In this document: positions 23,147-34,677 of the stretch, piece by piece | Layout: every line of letters starts with the position of its first letter | How positions within the stretch are numbered: position 1 is the stretch's first letter | Assembly: GCA_905331295.1 (NCBI GenBank) | Contig: CAJNYD010000408.1 | Location: 1 to 34,677, forward strand | Direction: 5' to 3' | Length of the DNA: 34,677 bases | DNA from: Rotaria socialis | Taxonomy: Eukaryota | Position numbers and translations under genes: made by a program | The notes under the pieces: generated by a model | Told to the model about the DNA's origin: nothing | Seen by the model: only the letters and a program-made list of their open reading frames with translations | Databases searched by the model: none

Positions 23147-24141
23147 CGGAATTTGACAAAATTTTTGCAACATTGTTATGTTTTGCATATATCTCCGTTC
23201 AGAAACATAGTAAAAGGCTGATTTTTGTTTTCAAAAAACACACCGTTTAATACTCCATGAGAATTACAAAACAAAATCTTCTGAGCTCTTTTCGAAATTT
23301 AAATAAATCAATACAAGGGAAGATGTGTATTGTCGTTCTCTACTTCCAATTATAACAAATTTGAGGTACCACATCAGTTACAGTTCATTCTTGAGTATAA
23401 CATTTGAAAAAAGTGGACATAACGTGAGTCTTCCAAAGCCACACCCTCAGGTGTAGGTGAGAAAGACACAATGCATCTGACTTACTGAGGATGATGGCTG
23501 AGAGGATATATGGCATCTCTCTACGTTTCACTCGCGCCTTCTAACATCTCTCACGCATCTTATATTCAATCAGTATGCTCGATGTCCTGGATTTGTGAAA
23601 TCTTTTTATCAAGAAAGGGTTTTTCTAGTAATGCTATTCAAGAGTACGCTCAAAAACAATGATCCTGTTGTACACGTAGCTGATTCATACACTTTCAGAT
23701 CATACTTAGACTGAAGTTGGAAAAAAAAAGAAAAATCATGAACCTAAAAGAATATTGGACAAAACAATACAAAGAGATACTGTTGTGTTCTATTGAAAAT
23801 GGGAGAAAAGGCGTCAAGTAGAAGTATTCACTGATCGCTGATCAAATATCAGCAAATTGATTACCTTTTCTTTTTCTGCACTACGTGCTTTCATTTAATG
23901 CGCAGCTGAGGGCAATATTCTCAATTGTCAATACTTTTATAATTGGAAGTAGAACGACAATACGCATCTCCATCTGGATTGACTTATTTAAATTTCAAAA
24001 AGAGCTAAGAAGCTTTTGTTTTGTAATTCGCATAGCGTATGAAATGGTATATCTGTTGAAAACAAAAATCAAACTTTTACTATGTTCCTGAATGGAGATA
24101 TATACAAAACAAAAAATGTCGCAAAATTATTGTCACACCCG
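23147..24141. mobile_element. Old non-autonomous DNA transposon with ~205-bp diverged inverted arms
   Basis: 23147-23355 is the diverged reverse complement of 23937-24141 (for example TACTTCCAATTATAA / TTATAATTGGAAGTA). TA lies at the left flank. Confidence 0.8.
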
Positions 24142-24362
24142 GCGAACTGCATTAAGAAATTTTAAACAAATATTTATACTGAAAAAATAATTCATATTAA
24201 AATAAAACCTACTTTCATGAATGGTAAACATAAGATTATTATGGACATATCCATTTAATCAATTAAGTTCAATGACATGATATTAAGAATTAAAATAAGA
24301 GCGATTCCTCATTTTTAATAATTGTGAGTAATTATATTTCATTTATGAAAAACAACACTTAC

Positions 24363-27300
24363 GTGTTGTCCAAGGAAAATCGTCTTTTCTCCAAAGACGT
24401 AATGTTTGTAAATGAGGCATATAAGTACTAAGAAATGGTATAAGACGTTTACCAATATCAATTGATTCATCTGAACCATGATTACAACGTGGAATACTGA
24501 ATTCAACATGTCGTCGAACAGTACTTAACGCATTTTCTCGTAAGTGATTAGATGCCGATAAATTATATGAGAATAATAAATTATATTATTTTTTAATTTT
24601 ATCGAATTTAATTTATTCTCTTTTTAAATTCGATTGTTAATTCAATATTCCTTTCAATAAATACATTTACCACAAAAAAATTTTGTTAGTCAAATCTCTT
24701 CGAGATTACACTGTGCAACAGGATAGGCCTTTTTATTGTATAAATGAGGAAATTCAGTAGCATGTGTACCAGACTTTTGAATTACTATATGTATACTATT
24801 AATCCGTATCAGTGTCAAAAGATGTTTGATCGCTAGATGTTACAAGGAACCGCGATAGAAACTGGAGGCAAAAGATAAACATTTTTAATTCAGTCGTTCT
24901 CACAGTAAACTTCGTTTTTCTGGATATATCTGGTATTTGTGATAGGATAGGAATGCGTTGCTAAGATGTCGGTGACGTCGGGAGAAGAAAGAAATTTTTT
25001 GTCCCTATACGCTTCAACACTCCTTTTCGTTCGTGTTCAAAAAAGAATTGAAGGACTGATTAACAATTTAACGAATTCATTCGTAAATTGAATAAAATTT
25101 TGTTCGTTTTCTATGATTAATTAAACAAGTACTACGTACTATATTTTCCAAAATATATTTATATTTTTTCTCAGAAGATCATATTAAATCTGATCCGATA
25201 ATAAATAATATCTTGGAAACAGTCTTATATAGCGCAAGAGTATGCTATGAAGAAAAATGTTTTATTTAATTTTTTAAAAATTCTTAAAGATTTGATTATT
25301 CACTTAGTCTATTGAAATACATGTACTAAAATCAATTGTGAAATATAGATATATTACTAGTGGCCATTGCAAAAAAGTATTGTACGTTGTATCCGTGTAT
25401 CTGTTACAGAGTCAATGGTGATGGATTGACCTTTTACTTTTGAACCGATAATAGACAGAAATACTGAACATTATGTGTACATACAATTTATATATATATA
25501 TTTATTTATTTAAAAACTTAAAAATCAATACATACATATTTTATAACATGAAGAAGCCATTGAAATTTTTCAACCAGAAGATATTTAAGTTGAACAGGCA
25601 TTGAAATGAGATGAGCAAATACTTTTGCACTTAATTTGTCTTGATATGTTAATTTATAGTCAAGCCCTAAAAATATTTTATTTAAAACTTATTTATGTTA
25701 AAACAGAATCTTTTTAAAAACATACTATAAACAAATATTGATGCTTTCATAACGGAAGAAAAAATGCGCAGCTTAGATGCCACGACAGATAGTTCTCAGC
25801 GACATGTACTCTGGAGCCCCAGATTAAATTCCAATCAAAACCAAAAATTATTCTGTCTTGCCATCACCCTCACTCATATTTCTCGTACTTGCATTCCACG
25901 AGGAAAAAACTTATTCGGGTATTCCCAGCCATTCTGATCCGCTCTCAGTAAGGAATGAATGCTCCATATACATGTTGTCGAATGTATGATAGGGGTTAAT
26001 TGAAAGTCATGACCTTTCATTACGATCCAGTGAATCGCTCATTTTTTGGTGACGTTCTATTCTGAGTGACCTTCTATTACAGATTCTTCAGAGAATCCGT
26101 TCTATAGCTATGTTATGTGTTGTTGCATTTGCTTCTGTTAGTTTTATTCATTTCAAGCGTTACAATTCGCTTTATTCGCTTATTTTATTATTTTCCATCG
26201 TGCATGAATGAAAACATTTGTTTCTCGACTATATGTAAAATAATATATTTCGCATGCACGAATTTTACAAGCATGGCATTCTATTATGTTTAGCGAATAT
26301 GCTAACCGGGAAGGTCACCAACTGTTCAATCGCTTTTGCTTTGAAACCATTTGCATTATGTAGTTCCCAAAGAGTTATGAATACGCTGAAATATTTTGGG
26401 TGGATAGCTTATTGCTACGAATACAGGGCATTTGTAAGGTATTGGCTTTAGTGAGTGTCTGAACTCCCCCTGAGGAGCATTGAAAAAATTGGTTTTTGAA
26501 TTTCGACTTGAAACTTTACATAAAAAGACGTCCCAAGAAGAACGACTTTTTGTGAACGTTTCACATCTTTCTGGTGTTTCCGTCATCAGACACAGCTATC
26601 GTAAAATTTGCATTTTACATATTTCAAATAAAGTAGCATATTGATGAAGCAAACAAATCAAAAGACCTAATACTTTCATAAAACACTATTCTCGTAAAGG
26701 CGTATTTCTATGTAAAGTTTCGAGTCGAAAATCAATTTTTCTAATGTTCCTGAGGGGGAGTACGGCGATGAGAAAAAAAAAGATCGTAAAAATGGCCTAC
26801 TGTCATAACAATAAGCTGTCCGCCCAAACTTTTTTCAGTGTATTCATAACACTTTGGGAACTACATAATGTAAATAGTTCAAAGCAAAAGCGATTGAACA
26901 GTTGGTGGCCTTCTCGTAAGTTGCATAGTTAGCGATATTGAAGAGCTATATCACTCAGTAGCAGTTATGGAAAAATTGATAATTATTGAACAATGGACCC
27001 TAGAACATGCATATTGGATAACTTAAAGTAAAACCTTTAAATAACAATAACTGATCGACGAAACAATAGAGTAGAATGATTATTATCGAAAATAAGAGTT
27101 TTTCTTTATCCGAAACTTAATAGTGCAACGATAACTCAACGGTCTAATTAAACTGCACCCACAGTTTAATTTTTCTTTAAAGTACGTAAAAAGTATCGAC
27201 TATTTATATATTCTCGAATGAAACTGATTTTGTTTTCAAGATAAATTCAATAATATGTTGAAAGCAAGACAAACATATTTATTAATAAATTAAAACAAAG

Positions 27301-30268
27301 ATTTTGCTTCACGTTTTATCAATAGAAAAAATAACAACTGATACATACCAACCGAACGAGAACAACAACCTCCAAATTGAAGTTTTGTAACATTTTCCAA
27401 TCGAATATCATTTAAATTGCTTTGTCCTATTTCAAATGGTATTGTTAAAGACTTTATAATTATTGATTGATCGATGTAGTTTTCTATTTAAAAAGAACTT
27501 TTTTCAATAAACACAATTTCAGTAAAAATAATATGTGAAACCGATATTCCACTTGCAGGTTATTTCCGAATCATCTCCTCTCTGGAGCAACTGAACAACT
27601 AAATAATTATTCAGTTCTTTTTAACCGCCATTCTTTTTCTAACTTATGAAAATTACAAATATTTTTTCAAGACGTCGACTGAAGTGCTGGAATTTAAGTA
27701 CATACTTCTATTAATATGAGTCCAACATGAACTCGTGTACAACCTTTCTGGATCAAATTAGCTTTGAATATTGTATGATGCTCAACTGTTTAGTATAAAT
27801 CTAATAAATGTTCAAGCTGATACTGGTATATAAGAATATAAATGAAAAGCGTTTGCTGAAATATTAACATTGAAACAAATATCAAAAATGGTTATAGAAA
27901 TTGTAAGAAGGATATATTTAGATTTATTGATAATAATGATTGATGGTGAATCGTAGAAAGAAGTGATAAAGTGCATGACAAATAAAGAATGTGTCAATCT
28001 TTCGTCTCAAAAACGTTCTATTGAATTCTGATAGATATGAAATGGTTGCTGACTCTTAAATCTGCCTGTTTCGAGTTTCTCTGTAGTATTCGCTGTTCTA
28101 ACGTTACTCTCCATTATTATCTTTAGTTGTAGCATGGATAATAATAACACAGGGGGAATTAACACCTGTCGGCGTCCGACACAGGTAACTTTTTTTGTAA
28201 CCCGACTGGGGCTCAAAAGTTTTTCAATAGCCCGACCCGAGGTAAGGGATAGTTTTTGGTCAATCAAAGTGAGTTCGTTTTCAGACATCGACGATCTTCT
28301 GAGTAAATCGATGCATATTTTCTAGATATCCGAAATAAAGGAATCATTATCTCCTCTTTGCTGCGTTTGTTATATGAAGTTCGAAATTCGTAAACCTTTT
28401 GTGACCCGACCCGTGTCGGACACTGATATCCATCTCGATATTTTCCGACTTCCTTGTTAAAAGTTAAAATGAATTTTCAAGCACATAATACACTTAACCT
28501 TTTATCTTATTTAAACTTGTCTTTTTCTATATTTTTATGTATTCTACTAAATCAAACAAGAGATTTTTTTCAATGAATACATTATTAAAAGTACTGATAA
28601 TAGAATTTGGAAGAATTTAGACTATCAGAATACTTATTTGAACTGATCAATACACGAAAAGGCGTGTCTACATATATACAACTAGAGTGTTCACTATTCT
28701 ACCTCCTCTCACGTCAGTTACAGTAATTTAATTACATTGAGACAAATAATAACAATAAAATAAATGCTGGCAAATAGGATTTAATTTAAAAAATAAAAAA
28801 TAAAATAAAAATATTTTATCCAAAACATATTTTTATTGTTTATGTCTAGTTAGTTTAAATAAACGAACTAATTTCAAATGTCATATACAAAAAACTTTAC
28901 AACTCAATAGATTAAGTGTACCGACCTCTTTTTGATGATTTTCAGATCTCGAAAATGATTTGATCGATGGAGCCGAAATTTTTACCACAAAAAGAACACC
29001 TAAAATGATCAGACTCGTGTTCGAGGAGAAATGTTTTCCAGGGGTCTTTGACGGTTTTTTTTAAAAACTACTTAGTTTTTCATCTTGTCAAGGGAAAACA
29101 CTATTATCAGAGGTAGCTTTGAGCTTTTTCAAAAATCTCGCTCACTTTTTTCTATTGAAAAAATATGTGAAAATACTTGGTCAGGATCGAATCTCCTCTT
29201 TCAAGAACCTATAAATCCTGATGGAAAGGTTAGAATTCGAAACGGTTGATTCTACCTCTTATGATAAAAATTTCAGCCCGATCGGGTAAGGTTAAGGGTG
29301 CCTTTTACCGGGCAGGATTGGCAGTCTTGCCTAAAAGCATAGTTTCGAGAAAAACACAAAATAAGTTTGAGAAGTGATATCATTTCAGAGACATGCTGAA
29401 AGCTCGTTTTTTAACGACTCCATAGTAGTCTGCTAAGCCGAATCTGATAATCGTATCAAAAATAAAATTTTTGACATACGGTAGCATGCCGTAAAAATCA
29501 AACAAAAAATAACGGCAGATCGGACTGTGCTCATTCAAGCATAGATCGAAAGATCAAATATTCAGTCTATCTTTAGAGCACATAAAAATAATAGCGAGAC
29601 GGGAGAGAAGCATCGGTATCCTCAATAGTATTTCCAAAGAAGACAACCTTCAGAATGACGGTAAATTTTCTAATATTCGTTGAAACTTATTCCTTGTTTA
29701 TTGTTTGATTCATATATTTGATTAAAATTCCTTAGAAAATTATGAAGATAAATAGGTCTACCTGTACGAATCATGATAGAAGAGACATTAGGACATAATC
29801 CATCGAGTTGTTCGAGAAATAAATAAAGTGATGGATGAAAATTCAGTTGAATACATCGAATATTTGACCAACGATCTATACATGGATATTTACTAAATAA
29901 ACAAATAAAGATATTATGATATTTTATGATTATACAATAGTTTACTTTAACATATGCAAACATTGAGATTTACTTTGTGTAGAAGAAAATAAATGTTGAT
30001 ACGATTTACTTCCATCATAAAAACATTTAACATTTGCCCATTGATGTTTAATAAAAAAAAAATAATTCATTTTAAATGAACTTGTTATTTTTTCAATATC
30101 ACTTAAAGATAATTGACGTTTCGAAAGAATATAAAAATAAGAATCAATTAAATTAATTATTTTATCAGGTAAGCAATAGTGACGAATAACATTTGCATCA
30201 ATTACAGATTTCCATATTATTTGATCATTTCTCCATACTTCTTCCCCTGATAAATAAATGTTCTGTTC
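24363..30268 (-). pseudogene. Cryptic multi-exon gene (LRR-like, resembling the C-terminal part of bdelloid F-box-type proteins), probably inactivated
   Basis: Exons 30268-29946, 29892-29762, 27483-27349, 25666-25536 and 24555-24363 splice in phase with no stops: ...KHQWANVKCFYD...N-KYPCIDRWSN...IRT-ENYIDQ...KLQFGGCCSRSV-GLDYKL...AHLISMPVQLKYLLVEKFQWLLHVIKY-ASNHLRENAL...YMPHLQTLRLWRKDDFPWTT. The last acceptor is CG instead of AG. The 5' and final exons were not resolved, and the family call is tentative. Confidence 0.75.
26307..26916. mobile_element. Tc1/mariner-type MITE with ~225-bp inverted arms (intronic)
   Basis: CGGGAAGGTCACCAACTGTTCAATCGCTTTTGCTTTGAA... is mirrored by ...TTCAAAGCAAAAGCGATTGAACAGTTGGTGGCCTTCTCG|TA. 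The arms are ~26307-26533 and ~26699-26916. Confidence 0.85.
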
Positions 30269-30659
30269 CTAATAAGTGTACGTAGCAATAGATAAAGAAG
30301 AATCGAATGCATTGATAGACATAATCATTCGTTCAATAATACTGAAGAGTTATATGGATTATTAGATCTTTCTATCCGATACATATTTGACAAACACAAT
30401 TCAACCTTGGAAATCGTTTTACAATATAAAATTTAAAAGTAAATATGTATACACAAATTTTTACTGTGATTTAAGAGAATATACAATTTCTCATTTTTGA
30501 ATACATTCATCCCAATTCTTTTTAGCATAGTTAGTTTTAATATTTTTGTTGTATTTTTCTGTTAGGATCGCTTTATCTATATATGAGATTTTAATATCTC
30601 TCGTTCTCATTGATTTTGAATCTTATATAGATTAATGAAGCAATAAATACAGTAGAAAT

Positions 30660-31497
30660 TAGGGGTGGTCATTTAGTGTTACTTTACTAAATAAAGATAA
30701 ATGATTCATTTATCTTTAGAAAATAAATGATAATTTTTTTTCAATTATTAAACTTTATTTTCTAAAGATATGAATTATTTAGTTTTAGAAAGTAAAGATA
30801 AAGAAATCATTTATCTTTAGAAAATAAAGCAAAAATAAAGGAATAACTGATTTTTATTTTCAAGCGATAATCAAGTCGAAAATATTCTAGAATTGTAGAA
30901 CTCGTGTTTTGGGAATATTCTTATCATTGAATCGATGTCTTTTGACTGAAAACAGGGATCTCTGAAGTGAAATCAACTGATATTGCTTAATAGTATTTTG
31001 GGAATTTTAGTTAGAAAAACATAGATTAAATTAAAACTAATACCATATTCTGAATCAGCATTACAAACTGAACAAACCGATGTGACTTTCGAATATATTC
31101 TAGATAGTTATATTTTATCAAAAAACTCTCCCTACTCCCCCTCAGGGTTCCTCGACCAAAAATCATAACTATCTAAAATATATTCGAAAGTCACATCGGT
31201 TTGTTCAGTTTGTAACGCTGATTCAGAATATGGTATTAGTTTTAATTTAATCTATGTTTTTCTAACTAAAATTCCCAAAATACTATTAAGCCCCGTTTTC
31301 AGTCAAAAGACATCGATTCAATGATAAGAATATTCCCAAAACACGAGTTCTACAATTCTAGAATATTTTCGACTTCATTATCGCTTGAAAATAAAAATCA
31401 GTTATTCCTTTATTTTTGCTTTATTTTCTAAAGATAAAGGATTCATTTAGCTTTATCCTTTAGTATAAAGGAATATAAAGATAAAGGGTCACCCCCA
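30660..31497. mobile_element. hAT-type foldback element (838 bp) with 8-bp TSD and a near-perfect internal palindrome
   Basis: TSD GTAGAAAT at 30652-30659 and 31498-31505. Termini TAGGGGTGGTC / GTCACCCCCA. The arms ~30810-31110 and ~31165-31438 are nearly identical inverted copies. Confidence 0.92.
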
Positions 31498-32971
31498 GTA
31501 GAAATGATACTGTTGTTATATTGTTGAGTGAAGAAGTTTTCAAAAACTTATGACATCATTCAGAAAGAAAAAAATGAGTAATATAAAATGCAATCATATT
31601 TATTTATTCAATTTTCAGTGATACATGATGCTATGAATTTATAATAATAATAAGACTAAATAAAATAAATTCAAGCTACGTTGATTATTTTTCTTTTTAC
31701 ATTTAAATAATGTTTATTCTGTATTAAGAAAGAAATCAACCTTTTAATGAAAGAATTTACTTTTATAAAAGAAAAAGGAAATGAGACATTTTATCATTCG
31801 AAAAAATAATACCAATCTTGATTGTGATACGTGGTCTTATATTACAGACATGCCAAAATGGCTCACAGTTGAAACAAGAAATAAAGTATGTCAGAAATGT
31901 TTTTAAATTAATTCAAATAGTTTTTGTTTCTTCAAGAATTATCAAGCCATATACATAGTATCTTTATTTTTAAATGATTTATTATTTGATCAACATGCCA
32001 ATTTTTTTCTATCATCTAGTTTAATGAAAATATGCATATGTATCCTTGAAGATGAAAGTGGTCTATTTAAAGCTAGCTGTTTCAAAAAGAAGTATAAAAA
32101 AGCTATATATTATTTTTTGAATAATCAACTTTTCAATTTTTATTTTAAATTTGAGCTTCTCATTATTGTTTTAATGCTGGAATTTGATTTATTTTTGTAG
32201 ATAAAGAACATTCAATGTATTATCGAAGATATTTAATTTTTTTCTTATTTAATGTAAAGCTTGAACAAGTTTCAAAAACAGTGAAACCATGTAGATGCTC
32301 AATGGATATTTTTTTTATTGTCTAATATAGAAGTTTCAGAAAAGATAGTTAGTGTTGATAAATCAAATACAAGTGCTCAAATGATTTTATTTTTATTTTC
32401 TAGATAATTATTATTTCAATGTGCAATTGATATTTGGTCATTGCCTATACAATAATAGTTGACTTATCATAATCATAATGTAATAGATGATATTCTATTT
32501 TTTATTTCAAATACTACTGCTCCTAAAATATTAATTCTTTTTATCAAGAGTAAAAAATCAAAGTTCATAGGTTCTAGACGTTTAAAGCAAAACATTTATT
32601 ATAGAAAAAAGTCAATGGATCATGCGCATTCGGTATTGATCCTTTTTTGAAACATTTGACAGTTCTAGCTATTAAATAAACTCGTTGCTAATAGAAGCCA
32701 TGTCCAAAAATGTTTTCTCCATAATGATGTTTTCTGTAATTCTCAATTTTTATTGGTTTAAATCATTGCCAACCAAACAGTATCGCTGTTCGTGGTGGTA
32801 ATGCGTCGTGTTCGTGCTAGCTTCACATCGATTTTTCTTTGTGATCGCTTTAGCAGTAGCTATCTTTATTTATTTATTTTTATTTTTGAATGAGCCCGGA
32901 TCTTAGTTTGTACCAAGTCGCTTACGTTTATTTTAATTTTAATATTTTAAGATTAATCTTATTAAAAAGTC

Positions 32972-34677
32972 ATGTCGAAAAGTAATAAAAATCAAAAATC
33001 GATTACATCATTTTTCAAAACTCCTGCACAAGCAACAACAAATGAACCAGCAGCGCCTAAGCCTAAACCAACACCACCAGCTCATATTCCTGAAATAAAA
33101 AAAGAACCTGGAATCTCAAGACTACCACCTCCATCACCACCAGCATCAGAACCTGCAGCCAAACCGGCTGTTTCACCCAAAAAGCCAGCAGTGATTGTGT
33201 GTCCCACAATAGCAAAAAATCCAAATCATGAAACGGAATGGATTAATTTATCTGATCGATTTATATTAACAAATCGTAATTTTGATGTTCAATATGCTCA
33301 TCTTTATGCTGAACGACTTGGCGCTATGAGAAAAATGGTTGCGAAAGCAGCAGAAAATCATTTGGGTTTGTTGATTCAGTAACACAAAATACAAGTTTCT
33401 ACTCTTTTCAATGATTTTAGATTCAAAAGTACCAATTAAAAAAATGAATGATCTTGTATCCAATGTGGAATGTATTCTTATTGGAATTTTATTTAAACAA
33501 ATGGTTTTAAAACCAAGTATTGTTAAACAGATAGCGACTGAAGTAAATCAACTTGTGTTTTTAGATAAATCGAAAATAAAAATTTTTGGTTTCTTCTTAG
33601 AACGGCTTCAATTTACAACCACCACGTACACGTTATGTTGATCCTACTGATAAACTAATTCTTGAAGAAGAATCCCAAAGAATCGAGCTCAACGGAAATA
33701 TTGATATAAATCAATTTGTTACGGGTGAATAAATTCTCTAGAGAAATAGATCTTAATTGGACATTTTTCTTTTTCATTGACTTTAAATAGGCATTGTCAT
33801 AGCGGTACATGGCTATGAAGATGATCGAGGTGTATTTATTGTTAAAGATTATTGTTTTAAAGATCTCTCTATTCCAAAAACATTATCACCACCAAAAGAG
33901 GATAAGTAAGAACTTATGATTTATCGTATGATCAAATTTTTAATTTATATTTTGCAGATATATTTTATTTGCTTCGGGTTTTCTTCTCTCTGAAAGTTCA
34001 GTCATCTTTAATCAACTTGAATGTCTAGTTAATTCATTAACACAACCAACAAACATTCAATCTGAACAGTTAAAAACCATTCTAGCCAATACTATTCGAT
34101 TTATTGTTGCTGGCAATTTAATTGAAAGTTCCAATCGATTGAAAGATACAACAAATCAAGTTAGAAATATTTTTTTTTATTATTTTAAAAAAATAAAATT
34201 ATTTCTTCAGGCAAAATATTTAACAAGAAAAATGACAGCAAGTAGTGTCGAAGCCATGCATAGTATCGATGAATTATTTGATAAAATCGCTGTAGGTTAA
34301 ATTTTTAGTAGCCGGTTCTCTCAATAATTTCATTTTTCTAGGCAATCACTGATATCGATATAATGCCCGGTGTGAATGATCCAAGGTAAATCTATAGAAA
34401 AAGATTTCTTTTTTGAAAATATTATTTTAGTTGTCATATGTTACCACAACAACCTTTACATCCATGTATGTTTCCATCGTCAAGTAAACGAAAAACAACA
34501 CATTGCCTTACAAATCCATATGATTTTCAAATCGGTGATATGCGGTAATAGAAATATTGTTTTTATTCATATTTTACGGGAGATTTGTTTCTTTTTCTTT
34601 TAGTCTTCTCGGAACATCAGGACAAAATTTAGACGATATCGATCTTCAATCAACGATTGAGAGTCGTGTTCAGATAC
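32972..34677 (+). CDS. POLD2: DNA polymerase delta subunit 2 (p50, B subunit), 5' part; runs off the window
   Basis: Exons 32972-33365, 33421-33542, 33601-33724, 33791-33905, 33958-34159, 34211-34291, 34342-34385, 34431-34544 and 34604->34677, all joined by GT-AG introns in phase. Motifs QYAHLYAERL, IGILFKQMVLKPSI, LILEEESQRI, FVTGIVIAVHG, IVAGN, AKYLTRK, DIMPGVNDP, LPQQPLHPCMFP, TNPY and LGTSGQNLDDI. Confidence 0.96.

Noticed and set aside
28149..29540. Probable further TE remnants (CCCGAC/GTCGG-rich 28149-28430 and 28911-29540)
   Set aside because: They look repeat-derived, but I could not establish matching termini or TSDs, so they are not called as features.
31930..32720. Possible decayed 5' exons of the minus-strand gene
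   Set aside because: There are only short protein-like stretches with many stops, and no consistent splice model could be built.
32778..32830. tRNA/SINE-like GC-rich patch upstream of POLD2
   Set aside because: No cloverleaf or proper B box; it is more likely promoter or 5' UTR sequence.
32993..33030. CRL4-Cdt2 PIP degron in POLD2
   Set aside because: It lacks the TD at positions 5-6 and the basic residue at +4, so only a plain PIP box is supported.

Overview
AT-rich eukaryotic DNA with short (about 45-75 bp) GT-AG introns and (TGTGGG)n-type repeats. The gene families and repeat type point to a bdelloid rotifer (inference). From left to right the window holds: (1) a decayed F-box/LRR-like pseudogene; (2) a decayed ADP-ribosylglycohydrolase (ARH) fragment; (3) two tandem, intact, nearly intronless genes with a receiver-like domain, an R-S-E ADP-ribosyltransferase and TPR repeats; (4) a minus-strand coiled-coil gene with 36-aa Cys-rich repeats that spans an assembly gap; (5) a degenerate APE-RT non-LTR retrotransposon; (6) an intron-containing Merlin (IS1595/ISXO2-like) transposase pseudogene; (7) a frameshifted FG-GAP/VCBS-like gene cut off at a telomeric-type tract; (8) a cryptic minus-strand multi-exon gene whose introns are swollen with MITEs; (9) several MITE/foldback elements; (10) the 5' part of POLD2, which has an unusual N-terminal PIP box. 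The most interesting signals are the ART-TPR pair with an adjacent ARH relic, small telomeric-repeat hairpins at gene-truncation junctions, and the PIP-box extension on POLD2. All family calls come from recognising motifs by eye; no searches were run.
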